Positions 35,461 through 45,028 of a stretch of DNA of 64,000 nt are shown here, in pieces. The notes under the pieces were generated by a model that saw nothing but the letters and a program-made list of their open reading frames with translations, made no database searches and had not been told where the DNA came from. The stretch comes from a virus: the IMG/VR virus record IMGVR_UViG_3300031603_000001, positions 64,001-128,000 of that record; one strand, given 5' to 3'. Within the stretch, counting starts at the first letter, position 1. Every line of letters begins with the position of its first letter. Position numbers and translations under genes: made by a program.

Positions 35461-36834
35461 TTAAGCTTTGCCGGTGAATAGAACTGGTTCATCTTCCAGT
35501 GTACATTCACGGCAGGTTTTATCCGGTCTCATCATTAAGAGAACGGGGTGTTCCAATGCGAGGCTGCCTGGCTGCTTAGAGCTGAACTTTACCTCGACTA
35601 CTTGAGGACGAGGTACTTGTACTTCGCCAGGACCTATGTCCTCAATGCTTCTCAATGTTCCGAACAATAAGGTAAATACCTCATCTAAATACTTAGTAGA
35701 GAATGTTCCAGGGCCTGCCCATGTACAGAAGACTAGCTTACCATCTGCGTCTTCTTTAGACAATGCAAACCGTGCTAGCTTTCCGTTTAGACGTCCACTG
35801 TTTCCAACCTCTACGGCTGTGATGATGTACTCATCAGTATTTTGGAACTTAAACTTCCAGGCACCACGTCGTTGTGGCTTACCGTTGAGTGTAAATGTTA
35901 CATGAGACTCCGTACCAGTGAGCTTCCGAAGGACAAAGCCTTCCCACCCAGCACCATACGCAGCGTCGATGATTCTTTTATCAAGAACCTTAAAAGTAGC
36001 AGAACGATATTCAGGATGTGTTATCCAATAAGCAACATTCAGAACAGCCCTACGGTACATATAGTTTTGATCACCAAGGAATTCCTTGTCCCAATACAGA
36101 ACATCAAAGGCCTTGACCTCAAACTTCATACTAGATTCAATGAATTCGTTATAACGTATGAGTGCCTTCTTATTTGAGGTACGGTCATTGACTATACCTT
36201 TAATTTTACCAGGTACTTCACGTCCCTTTTCATCAAACAAGATGAACTCTACACTAACTAGGGATCCAGGCGGATCCTTGTGAGCTTTGGAGAAATCTTC
36301 TAAAGGAGTAACACCTCTTACGATATTAGTAATCTTCTTAGCACCACGAGTGTACCAGTCGACGTTGTCATCCAATGTAGTAACTTTCCATAAGTTAACT
36401 CCATTGTTCTTACGTTCCGCAAAGTAATCTTCATAACCACCATCAAAGGTAACACCTTTAGGAGGATCATTGTGAGGTTTACTAGGAGCGAATGCAGATG
36501 ACACAGGGTCAAACGAGAAGACAAACTCTACTGGTTCGTCTGCTTCTTCAATCTCTTCCTGCTCCGTATCAAATGTGCTAGCAGCTTTGTAACCCTGGCG
36601 AACCTTACGGTCCCAGACAGCAGTAGCTTCCTTGATAGCCTGGGCGTTAGGTGTAGTCTCATTGGCACGACCAATGTTCTTACCCTGTACAACCTTCTCA
36701 GCAGTCTGCATCTTGTGACCACGTAGGCCCCATATGCGTTGTATAATATTGCTACCTTCTTCGACGAAGATAGTCAGCTCTTTAATCCCACCCTTGGTAG
36801 AGTGCTGAGCTAGTTCAACTTTAAATGAACTCAA
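35461..36834 (-). CDS. ATP-dependent DNA ligase with N-terminal WGR-like domain
   Basis: Motif I variant ERKNNG, IIIa AFDVLY, IV EGFVLRK, V WKFK, C-terminal OB fold; N-terminal WG...GKNIGRANET...QGY. Confidence 0.85.
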   Translation of the reverse strand: MSSFKVELAQHSTKGGIKELTIFVEEGSNIIQRIWGLRGHKMQTAEKVVQGKNIGRANETTPNAQAIKEATAVWDRKVRQGYKAASTFDTEQEEIEEADEPVEFVFSFDPVSSAFAPSKPHNDPPKGVTFDGGYEDYFAERKNNGVNLWKVTTLDDNVDWYTRGAKKITNIVRGVTPLEDFSKAHKDPPGSLVSVEFILFDEKGREVPGKIKGIVNDRTSNKKALIRYNEFIESSMKFEVKAFDVLYWDKEFLGDQNYMYRRAVLNVAYWITHPEYRSATFKVLDKRIIDAAYGAGWEGFVLRKLTGTESHVTFTLNGKPQRRGAWKFKFQNTDEYIITAVEVGNSGRLNGKLARFALSKEDADGKLVFCTWAGPGTFSTKYLDEVFTLLFGTLRSIEDIGPGEVQVPRPQVVEVKFSSKQPGSLALEHPVLLMMRPDKTCRECTLEDEPVLFTGKA

Positions 36835-36843
36835 ATGAACTCC

Positions 36844-37044
36844 TTATAATGATTCAACTATCACAATAAGGTGAGGAACCTTAGTGATGTAATGTTCAGT
36901 TCGCATAGTTCTGTTGGGTTTAATCCTTGCCATTGTAGGAGTGAACCCAACTATGGTGCCACTAGCTATACTCTTACTTTGGTATCCGTACACATATGCA
37001 ACTGGTTGATCGAGCAATAGCTCTTTTCCTAATGCATCTTTCAT
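36844..37044 (-). CDS. small SH3/KOW-like protein (paralog 1)
   Basis: MKDALGKEL...VAY...GTIVGFTP. Confidence 0.7.
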   Translation of the reverse strand: MKDALGKELLLDQPVAYVYGYQSKSIASGTIVGFTPTMARIKPNRTMRTEHYITKVPHLIVIVESL

Positions 37045-37244
37045 ATGCCGGCCACCTTAGCTACTTGTGAAGCAAACTGCCTTGTCCGGTGTTTTGAATT
37101 CATATCATAACCTTTAGGTAGAATACGCACCATCTTTGGAGTGAACCCTGTTACGGTTCCCCTACCTAAGTCTTTATAATGACCAGGTTTTACATAAACC
37201 ACCGGGTCACCTATCTGCAACTCTGTTCCAGTAACATCTTTCAT
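37041..37244 (-). CDS. small SH3/KOW-like protein (paralog 2)
   Basis: MKDVTGTEL.IGDPVVY...GTVTGFTP. Confidence 0.7.
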   Translation of the reverse strand: MKDVTGTELQIGDPVVYVKPGHYKDLGRGTVTGFTPKMVRILPKGYDMNSKHRTRQFASQVAKVAGI

Positions 37245-37441
37245 GGGTTCCTCACTACAACTAAGTTAGGAGTACGTAACGTAGGGCGTATATCACCGCC
37301 AGAACCGTCTTCTCTTATCCTGACTTTCTTTTCAGTAAACCCGGCGACCGTTCCTTTAAGGAACCATCTAGTATTATCGTACCCGGTTATAAAAACAACC
37401 TCTTGATCATGTACGAGTTCTACCCCAAAAGCATCCTGCAT
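37241..37441 (-). CDS. small SH3/KOW-like protein (paralog 3)
   Basis: MQDAFGVEL...VVF...GTVAGFT; ATG overlaps the upstream stop (track start 37459). Confidence 0.7.
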   Translation of the reverse strand: MQDAFGVELVHDQEVVFITGYDNTRWFLKGTVAGFTEKKVRIREDGSGGDIRPTLRTPNLVVVRNP

Positions 37442-37773
37442 TATGGAGTCTCTTTCCAATCATCGAAGTCACCAGAGTCTTGCTTAGCTTGTACAGCTAG
37501 CCACTGTGCTACTTGTTCTTCTTTGTGTTGTACAGAACGAGAAGGCCAGTCAATTAGATCCTGTTGAAGGTCATAAGAAGGTTCCCCTTCTGCTAACCAT
37601 GCAAGATCTCCATGTAGTAACTGTCCAATAAATGCTTGACGCATGTCGGTATTACAACGATAATCATTACGCATATCAGCAATAGATTCTTCACAGATGG
37701 TTTGATAAAACATCATCAGCTCAAGGTCTTTGAGTTGATTCACCACCGCAATAGCTTGTTCAACTTTATTCAT
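37441..37773 (-). CDS. hypothetical protein
   Basis: 110-aa ORF in chain. Confidence 0.6.
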   Translation of the reverse strand: MNKVEQAIAVVNQLKDLELMMFYQTICEESIADMRNDYRCNTDMRQAFIGQLLHGDLAWLAEGEPSYDLQQDLIDWPSRSVQHKEEQVAQWLAVQAKQDSGDFDDWKETP

Positions 37774-37996
37774 TAGTTTTCCTTAAAAAGGTTTGGTAAT
37801 CATCTGGGTCCCACCCAATGAGCTTACTCAGGGCAGTGGTGTATCCCCCAGCTTCGGTATAACGTTCCCGAATTGTATCCATAATAGCAGTCTCCCAAGG
37901 ATTACCTGGGCTAGGTAAGAACCGATGGTAGTAACATAACATGCCACGATCTGCATCTTCAGCTTCTTCAGGTGTAGGGTACTGTATTCGTATCAT
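37766..37996 (-). CDS. hypothetical protein
   Basis: 76-aa ORF. Confidence 0.6.
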   Translation of the reverse strand: MIRIQYPTPEEAEDADRGMLCYYHRFLPSPGNPWETAIMDTIRERYTEAGGYTTALSKLIGWDPDDYQTFLRKTNE

Positions 37997-38021
37997 TAGG
38001 CTACTGTATTCGTATCATTAG
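37980..38021. repeat. 20-bp near-tandem duplication of a translation start region
   Basis: TACTGTATTCGTATCATTAG at 37980-37999 and 38002-38021. Confidence 0.9.
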
Positions 38022-38245
38022 TATATCCGTTGCCAGGAAATAATAATAATTGTACCTTCGAAATCATTCTTAAGGTACTCACTTATTTTAAGAGTAACAT
38101 AATCAATAGAAGCGCTATCCCGTATGGGTTTACTTAGATTAATTACTACATACCCATGAGAACTTTGTGTCTGATAACTAACATAATACCCAGGATTATT
38201 TAAGAACCACAGCTTCCTTACTATTCTTGGTAACCAAAGTGTCAT
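38018..38245 (-). CDS. hypothetical protein
   Basis: 75-aa ORF in chain. Confidence 0.6.
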   Translation of the reverse strand: MTLWLPRIVRKLWFLNNPGYYVSYQTQSSHGYVVINLSKPIRDSASIDYVTLKISEYLKNDFEGTIIIISWQRIY

Positions 38246-39387
38246 TAGATTCTTCCTGTTAATTCATCAGTTATCGCCAAGAAGTTTGGATATGACATAC
38301 GCCTACCGTCTATACTAAGCATAGCCCCCCAGCGATTATAGCAGTCACCTATAGTGTCAGCTTGCCGCGGTGTAGGAACTATCCCACCGGTCTCAATGCG
38401 TTGCATAGAGAGTTTGATCCAGCCGTCAGCTTCGAGATCTTTCTGAGAGTCTTGACTATCATCAGGCCTCTTCAGTATCTCATGAGCGATATCACTGTGT
38501 CCTGTATCAGGACAACCATAAAAGTTCCCATTGGGTTTAATCCAACCAGACCTATAAATAGTATCTTCAATAGATTCTGGTGTAACACCATTCTTATTGA
38601 ATGTTGCATGTTGTTCAATATAATCGTCAAGATCCGGTACAAGATTAGCAAATTCCTTATTCTTCATCCACTTCTGATTCATAGCATTAACTATTTGCTC
38701 AGGAGATGTGCCTTCTGGGTATTCCTCTGGGGTAAACCCAGTTAGAGATGTACGAGCAAGCTGATCCAGTACACCAACCGTGGTGTCCGGGTCTTCGAAG
38801 TACGAGACAGTCTCCTCTTCAGGGACTGCTTCAACCTCAGCACGCCATGTTTCCATTTCATCTTCCGAAGCATTGTACAACGCCATCGGGTCAATAGCAG
38901 TTACGTTGTAGAAAGGGACAGAGCTTAGTGGTTTACCAAGCCATGCGTACACAGTACTCAGTTGCTTTAGATAATCAGCAATCCGTTCCTGTATATGGTA
39001 CACATATCCTTTAGTATCCCAGTCATAGTCGGAGTTCTTCCAACCATCTTCAGCATACATTTCTAGCTTACGCCATTCCATTCCTACTTTGAGGAAGACA
39101 TCAAGATGTGCATCCTGAATCTTCTTCTCGAGGCATGCTCCCATCTCTTCCATAGAGATAAGCATTTCATCTTCGAAATCATCGTCTTCGATATTAATAC
39201 CTACATTTGAGTCATCAACAAGACGACGTTTGCCTAAGATAATAGGCATATACTCTTTCTTAGGCATACCAATCATACTCTTGAGTAACTCAATAGCACT
39301 GTAAGGTAACCGGGAAGACCACATGTCACGTACTGTAGTAGTGACAAACTCACCAGTAATAGTAAAACTTAATGTCTGTGTTGCCAT
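38245..39387 (-). CDS. hypothetical protein
   Basis: 380 aa; C-terminal GWIKPNG...GH...GWIKL motif; AAGGAGG ribosome-binding site. Confidence 0.75.
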   Translation of the reverse strand: MATQTLSFTITGEFVTTTVRDMWSSRLPYSAIELLKSMIGMPKKEYMPIILGKRRLVDDSNVGINIEDDDFEDEMLISMEEMGACLEKKIQDAHLDVFLKVGMEWRKLEMYAEDGWKNSDYDWDTKGYVYHIQERIADYLKQLSTVYAWLGKPLSSVPFYNVTAIDPMALYNASEDEMETWRAEVEAVPEEETVSYFEDPDTTVGVLDQLARTSLTGFTPEEYPEGTSPEQIVNAMNQKWMKNKEFANLVPDLDDYIEQHATFNKNGVTPESIEDTIYRSGWIKPNGNFYGCPDTGHSDIAHEILKRPDDSQDSQKDLEADGWIKLSMQRIETGGIVPTPRQADTIGDCYNRWGAMLSIDGRRMSYPNFLAITDELTGRI

Positions 39388-39399
39388 TATGCCTCCTTA

Positions 39400-39645
39400 C
39401 TAAGACTTTGGATTTGCATTACTTGTTTCCTTAATAACAAGATCAAGACCAGGAGCAACGCTCCTGGTCTTGATCAATTCATCAGTACGTCGTGCAAAAT
39501 GCAAGATAGTATTGTACTTTCTATAAGCCATGTCGGTTTCTTCAGCAGTTAATACACAGCCCCCTGCGCATTCTAAAACGTCTACTTCAGAGATTGGACT
39601 AGCACATTTAGGGCATCTTGGTCTTACTTCTGCCAGTTCTCCCAT
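39400..39645 (-). CDS. Zn-ribbon protein
   Basis: CPKC...CAGGC. Confidence 0.6.
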   Translation of the reverse strand: MGELAEVRPRCPKCASPISEVDVLECAGGCVLTAEETDMAYRKYNTILHFARRTDELIKTRSVAPGLDLVIKETSNANPKS

Positions 39646-40965
39646 TTAGATGACTTCGTCTTCTTCGGGGGACTGGCCAGTAATCTGCATACGCAGGTCA
39701 TTGAGTAAGCCCAGTTCTTCCATTATAGCTTTGACTTTATACTCTTTACCGGCTTTAATCTTATGCACTTCGCCTTTGCTATCTGTGTACGAATGACCAG
39801 CGGCACTAGTCTTAACCAGTATCCCCTGTTTAATACCCATGATAACATACTCATACATCGGATCAAATCCTTTGTCATTCCAGAATATGGTACGAACTTC
39901 TTCACCTTCACGAATGCCACTGATCTTAGACTTCTTACACTTCATGACGAATTCATAACCAAGTGGTTGGTTGTCATCATCAACAGGAGTGTTAGCTTTC
40001 GGCCCTCTACGGACTTCCAATGTCAGAGTATCAAAGAACTTCCTGGCGTTACCACCAGATACATCTTCGTGAACCCACGCTGTTCCCATACCTGTAGTAC
40101 GGGTTTGCGCAATAAGACCAAACCCAATATGGTTTGTCTTAAGGTAATGTAATATACGAGGAAAGAAATCGGACATAACACGTGCACGAAGAGCAACATC
40201 AGCGTTGTCTAAGTCGCGTTCTGTACCAGATTTCTTGGCAATCTTACCTCGAGGTAATCCTGCACTGAGTGAATCATAAAATATGAAATCAACAGCGCCC
40301 GACTCGGCAAGTTTAAGGACCCAATTGAGTTGGTCTTCCATCACATGGTCTTGATTAATGAGTAATTCATCAACGTTAACACCACGAGAGGCTGCCCACT
40401 CACGATCCAATGTATGTTCTGCATCTGCTATAGCTACTACGTAACCGGCACGTTGCAGTGCCCCGGTCAGATACAACAGAGTAGTTGTCTTACCTGCAGA
40501 CTCTCCACCATAAATAGTGAAAGGTGCAGTTGGGAATCCACCACCCAAGAACAAATCAAGGCTTGGCACACCTATACCAGCACGGTACACGGTCAAGTCA
40601 TGTTCATCAAAGTCCTTACCAAATCCTAATCGGGCAGTTTGGCCCTTCTTCTCTACGATTTTCTCATGACGCTTGGTAATACTTTCAAGAACTTTCATCC
40701 GTTCTTTCTTATCTTTAACAGGTTTCTTCATCAATTTGAATAGTTCCTTGTCTTCGATCCTAATTTCAGACAACATGGACATGTGCTTTGTGTACGCATC
40801 CTGCCATTTAGCTACAGGATTAAGTTTAATCCTGCAGTTAGGTGTCTTCTTAGTTCGAGGGTAATCACGGAGACAAATATCATCTCCGTACATTTCATGC
40901 TCTTCGGCAGTTCCATCATATAAACATGTGACGCAACGATCACGCCAGAGAGGTAACGTTTCCAA
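39646..40965 (-). CDS. recA: RecA/UvsX-like recombinase with Cys-containing N-terminal extension
   Basis: GVPSLDLFLGGG, YGGESAGKTT, ADAEH, FYDSL, GGNARKF. Confidence 0.9.
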   Translation of the reverse strand: METLPLWRDRCVTCLYDGTAEEHEMYGDDICLRDYPRTKKTPNCRIKLNPVAKWQDAYTKHMSMLSEIRIEDKELFKLMKKPVKDKKERMKVLESITKRHEKIVEKKGQTARLGFGKDFDEHDLTVYRAGIGVPSLDLFLGGGFPTAPFTIYGGESAGKTTTLLYLTGALQRAGYVVAIADAEHTLDREWAASRGVNVDELLINQDHVMEDQLNWVLKLAESGAVDFIFYDSLSAGLPRGKIAKKSGTERDLDNADVALRARVMSDFFPRILHYLKTNHIGFGLIAQTRTTGMGTAWVHEDVSGGNARKFFDTLTLEVRRGPKANTPVDDDNQPLGYEFVMKCKKSKISGIREGEEVRTIFWNDKGFDPMYEYVIMGIKQGILVKTSAAGHSYTDSKGEVHKIKAGKEYKVKAIMEELGLLNDLRMQITGQSPEEDEVI

Positions 40966-41551
40966 ATGAATTCACCAACCTCTCAACGTCAATATATTTA
41001 TTGAGTAACCACAATATGTGGTGTGCTTCAGCAGCATCATACAACGCGTTGTGTGCACCCAGATCATGAATCTCTGGATTAATTCGACGCATCATAGCCG
41101 CGGCTTCCTTTTTAAGGGACCCCTTAGCTATCTCAGCTCTCTCTTGCCCAAGTAGACCTCTGAGGATAGCGTTCAGATCTATTGTATAGTGACTGAACTT
41201 AGAGATAGTCCTGCCTTGTACAGTACGTTCAAGGAATGGCCTATCAAAACTACCTACATTAAAGCCTACTATGACAACCTTATTGACGCTGTTATGTTTA
41301 TCAAACTGCCCCAGGTTGTCGTTAATCCAGGCGTGAAGCTCTTTACTAAATACATTAACAGACACGCCTTGATCAAGATCCTGTGCGCGCATCTTATTGA
41401 CACGCATAGCAGCAGGACTTATCAACACATTTGAATGAGCAATATTCCAATGCTTATATGTGTCTCTGTTAATATACATACCCCAGGATAACATCTGATG
41501 GTCATCAGTAGTCCCAGAGGTTTCACAATCCGCTCCAACAGGTATTAACAT
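40940..41551 (-). CDS. DEDDh 3'-5' exonuclease
   Basis: DCETSG, FNVGSFD, HNALYDA. Confidence 0.85.
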   Translation of the reverse strand: MLIPVGADCETSGTTDDHQMLSWGMYINRDTYKHWNIAHSNVLISPAAMRVNKMRAQDLDQGVSVNVFSKELHAWINDNLGQFDKHNSVNKVVIVGFNVGSFDRPFLERTVQGRTISKFSHYTIDLNAILRGLLGQERAEIAKGSLKKEAAAMMRRINPEIHDLGAHNALYDAAEAHHILWLLNKYIDVERLVNSFGNVTSLA

Positions 41552-42432
41552 GTGCCTCCTAGTCCGTATGAGTTTAGCATCTCAAATAAGATACCAATCT
41601 CTGCATTTAATTGTATTAATTGCTCCTCTGTTATAGGAGCCGCTGTCTCTGACATTACGGGTTCAGGTCTAATAAACCCATCTAATAGTTTTCGAATGTC
41701 ATCTTTACTGGAGACATCACGTAGAGAGCTGAGCTTTCTGGCTTCCTCTGCCTTCGGTATCTCAACAGTAGTTAACATATTCTCAAGAACATCAAAGCCG
41801 GAGCTACTTCCATCTCTAATATTTAGAAGAGCCTGGCTATTACTACCCAGGTCTAATTTACCAGTTGTGGCCAATTGCTGTGCTTGTAGTACAGCACGGA
41901 AGGCGTGATACATATCTTTACGCCACTCCTTGCCGGTTTGCATTGCTCTGCTAGCATTCAATACTTTGTTTCCAGCGTAACTTAAGTACGCATTACACAC
42001 GTGCTTAGATACAAATAGCTCTTTAGCTTTTAACAAAGCCAGGCCTACATCGTTTAACTGCAGTACAGCATGATTTGGAACAAATAAGGTATCAATTACA
42101 TTAGGGCTAGCGTCTAATGCTAGCTTTATGAAGTGCACAATACTGTACACCTTCACATCGTAGGACTTATCACCGTAGATAATATGATGCTGTTGGTACG
42201 TACGGAAGGGATCCACCTTGGCATCGAAGACAGGTATCTCTCCGGCCAAGTACGGAAACATCATATGTACCGGAGGTACACATACTGCATAGATATCTAT
42301 GTCTGACTCGTCAGTAGTAGCACCGTACACTGATGAACCCATCAGTACTTCCAGTACTATATTATTCCGAACGAATGCAGGCATGTCATCCAGAAAACCT
42401 TTTGAATACAGCTTTTGAAGTAAACTTTCCAT
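41545..42432 (-). CDS. RlaP/NrdC.11-like (pol beta superfamily) nucleotidyltransferase
   Basis: GSSVYGATTDESDIDIY, SPNVIDTLF, KDMYHAFR. Confidence 0.8.
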   Translation of the reverse strand: MESLLQKLYSKGFLDDMPAFVRNNIVLEVLMGSSVYGATTDESDIDIYAVCVPPVHMMFPYLAGEIPVFDAKVDPFRTYQQHHIIYGDKSYDVKVYSIVHFIKLALDASPNVIDTLFVPNHAVLQLNDVGLALLKAKELFVSKHVCNAYLSYAGNKVLNASRAMQTGKEWRKDMYHAFRAVLQAQQLATTGKLDLGSNSQALLNIRDGSSSGFDVLENMLTTVEIPKAEEARKLSSLRDVSSKDDIRKLLDGFIRPEPVMSETAAPITEEQLIQLNAEIGILFEMLNSYGLGGTC

Positions 42433-42520
42433 TTACGTTATTCCGATTTTTATAAACCTACTTTTTAGATCCTCTTACACGAGGCTTGCTTTCAGCGATT
42501 ACGGTGCTGAAGTATATATT

Positions 42521-42673
42521 TCATATTGTGTATATGAACAACAACGCTAGCGCCATACTCAGGGCATGTACAGATTGCAGTTCTTTCTGCATCCACGCCC
42601 GTCCGCCCAGGCTGGGTTCGACGTCAATAACGCGAACCCTGTCACCTGTAGCAAACTTAGACGCTTTATGCAT
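42521..42673 (-). CDS. small ORF with KOW-like start (below track cutoff)
   Basis: MHKASKFATGDRVRVID...; overlaps the upstream stop. Confidence 0.4.
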   Translation of the reverse strand: MHKASKFATGDRVRVIDVEPSLGGRAWMQKELQSVHALSMALALLFIYTI

Positions 42674-43169
42674 CTTCGTATTCGGCAGCCAGGGCACTAG
42701 GGATACGTGTTCCCAATTGCTCTAATGTAGCTACCGCTAGATTTACCTTAGCTTTACGAGATTTAGCGGTACTCAGCGCTGTAGCTGCTGTGACATCCGA
42801 CTTAATCTGGGCAATACCGTCGGTATAGCCTTCTAGTTGTTCCAAAACATGTTCCGGAATAGCTACGCTAAGACGCATCATTGATGCTACTGCGCGTTCT
42901 AGTGACCTTTGACGACCCTCTAGTTCAGAGTAAACATCATCACCGGCACAGTATGAGAATCCAAAGAAACGAGCACCACCGTAGGTGATGTTCTCTTTAT
43001 TGACTTCGTCAATTTCTTTAATCTCACAGATAGTGACAGATTGAATCTCTGGTGGAAACTTTGCATCAGGAAACTCCTGAGCAAATAAGGCTTCTACCAT
43101 GTACAACTGATCACCATTATACTCTACAAAAGTAGTCTTCATACTACCTCCATCTTTAGTTAGTCGCAC
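42666..43169 (-). CDS. hypothetical protein
   Basis: 167 aa; GFSYC..D......GR..SL.RA motif common in small phage proteins. Confidence 0.65.
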   Translation of the reverse strand: MRLTKDGGSMKTTFVEYNGDQLYMVEALFAQEFPDAKFPPEIQSVTICEIKEIDEVNKENITYGGARFFGFSYCAGDDVYSELEGRQRSLERAVASMMRLSVAIPEHVLEQLEGYTDGIAQIKSDVTAATALSTAKSRKAKVNLAVATLEQLGTRIPSALAAEYEDA

Positions 43170-43205
43170 ATAGCGACACCGGCCGTATTGGCCGTATTCA
43201 TGATA

Positions 43206-43535
43206 TCACGATCCAAGAGCTATGCTCTCAAATGATTCAACAGCGCGTATCATCTTCTCCAACTCTTCAATGAGTTCTGGAGCAGATGTATTATATATGC
43301 TAGATCTAAAATACAAGATATTAGGCGTACTACTGTTGCTAGGGCAATAACATCTAACATACGCCATATTGGTTAATGAAATCTCAACCGTAAGTTTAGT
43401 TTGGGCATATTGCTTAGTATAGTACCATTCCTTGGTTTTAACACCATCGTACAAATATGAATGAGTGGCAGAGAATCCACGTACTAACAGATCTCCAATT
43501 ATCCTATCTTTGGCAATTTCGAGTTTAGCGCCCAT
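43206..43535 (-). CDS. hypothetical protein (starts MGAK)
   Basis: 109-aa ORF in chain. Confidence 0.65.
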   Translation of the reverse strand: MGAKLEIAKDRIIGDLLVRGFSATHSYLYDGVKTKEWYYTKQYAQTKLTVEISLTNMAYVRCYCPSNSSTPNILYFRSSIYNTSAPELIEELEKMIRAVESFESIALGS

Positions 43536-43909
43536 TACCTGACCGCATTAAACTGCATATTATCAATAAACACTGCCATAGCTAGTTTTACTTGTTCCCA
43601 GACTGCAGCTAATTCATGAACATCTGCAATATAAATACCAGTACCGTAATCAACAATGTTATTACTCCACTTGCCATTTACAACAAAAGCAAGACTTACA
43701 CTAACACCAGCGTCAATACAAAGGTAAGCATGCGCAGTACATTGATTCTTCTTTTTACGCTTCATGCCGAATGTACCAAGGTTCTTTTGTAGAAAGTAAA
43801 ACCTCGCTTTACTATCATGGCCGCGATAACGAACGCCTGAAGTAGGATACCCTAATTCAAGGAAATCATCAATTACGAGTTCTTTGACTGCATCAGCTTT
43901 AGCTCCCAT
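43535..43909 (-). CDS. hypothetical protein (starts MGAK)
   Basis: 124-aa ORF in chain. Confidence 0.65.
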   Translation of the reverse strand: MGAKADAVKELVIDDFLELGYPTSGVRYRGHDSKARFYFLQKNLGTFGMKRKKKNQCTAHAYLCIDAGVSVSLAFVVNGKWSNNIVDYGTGIYIADVHELAAVWEQVKLAMAVFIDNMQFNAVR

Positions 43910-44687
43910 CAGGAGCTCCTGGATCCATTGCTCTTGCTAACAGATGTGACCATTCTTCTTTATTCCATTGCCAGGCTTTAGCCATGGCCATTACGGAAAT
44001 GGGAGCAACCTCTTCAGCTTTATCAAGTAGAGCACCAGCGTACAGTTGCATCTCAAATTGTGCATGCGGTGAAAAACGTAACCCGATGAAATGCATCAGA
44101 TTGTGTAAATTCACAGTAGCGTAAAACTCTGTGTACATATTCTGAGGCAGAACCATACGAGCTTGTTCACGAGCAACACCTTGTTTAATCAATAGATTGT
44201 ACAAGCCCAGGCCCTCAAGAGCGTGATTACGTAAAACCTGATGAACAGGCTGTTTCTGTATATCGGAATAAAGTAAATCACTAATTTCGATATCCAGCGT
44301 ACGAATCATAGAAGAACCACCAACAGATTGTTGTTTGTCTTCTCCGTCACTTTGTGAACGTAATCCCTCAGGAAGGAAGAACTCAATGTTCTCGCCAGTG
44401 TATCTGCGACTTACTTCGTTGTATGACCATGTACGATGCCTATGCCACTGCCTGGCAATGAACAGAGGGCATTTCACATGAAAAGTGAAGGTAACATGCT
44501 CAAAAGGAGATGTATGACGTTCCTGCGCCAAATAGACGATTAACTTCTCATCTTTCTTAGTGAGCAAATCCGCACGTTTACCGAATGATACCCGAGCTGC
44601 ATTTACGACATCGATGTCTCCACCAGATGCTTTAACAAGATTGACGAAGCCTATGTCATCGTGTAATACGAAAGTTTCTTTACTCAT
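43899..44687 (-). CDS. thyX: flavin-dependent thymidylate synthase
   Basis: AARVS, HTSPFEH, signature RQWHRHRTWSYNEVSRRY, ARMVLP. Confidence 0.95.
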   Translation of the reverse strand: MSKETFVLHDDIGFVNLVKASGGDIDVVNAARVSFGKRADLLTKKDEKLIVYLAQERHTSPFEHVTFTFHVKCPLFIARQWHRHRTWSYNEVSRRYTGENIEFFLPEGLRSQSDGEDKQQSVGGSSMIRTLDIEISDLLYSDIQKQPVHQVLRNHALEGLGLYNLLIKQGVAREQARMVLPQNMYTEFYATVNLHNLMHFIGLRFSPHAQFEMQLYAGALLDKAEEVAPISVMAMAKAWQWNKEEWSHLLARAMDPGAPDGS

Positions 44688-45028
44688 AGTTCACACTCCA
44701 CCCATACTTTTGTTATAACATGATCCATGGAATCAAATCCACCCTCTTCTGGGAAATAGGCTATTGCCATTTGACGGATCTTTTGATCTTGTACATCAGC
44801 AGGGCATGTATATTCTTCTATTGGAATAGTAATTGCATATTCATAATCGTCAGATGTAAATACCCATTTCTGTTCTTTAGTCTTACGATCACGCCAGGCT
44901 ATGCCTAGCTTTACATAAACAAGCTCATCATCAATAAATTGAGCATGATCTTTGCATTGTGCACAGATGTCGGATTCATCCATGTCCATCCAATGACCTG
45001 CTGTACAGCATAAGCTTACATCACTCAT
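44684..45028 (-). CDS. hypothetical Cys-rich protein
   Basis: CC..GH...CAQC. Confidence 0.6.
   Translation of the reverse strand: MSDVSLCCTAGHWMDMDESDICAQCKDHAQFIDDELVYVKLGIAWRDRKTKEQKWVFTSDDYEYAITIPIEEYTCPADVQDQKIRQMAIAYFPEEGGFDSMDHVITKVWVECEL

Noticed and set aside
42492-42673. Frameshifted KOW/SH3 gene continuing as RTGVDAERT...
   Set aside because: Both frames give plausible short peptides and there is no slippery site; cannot be supported without homologs.
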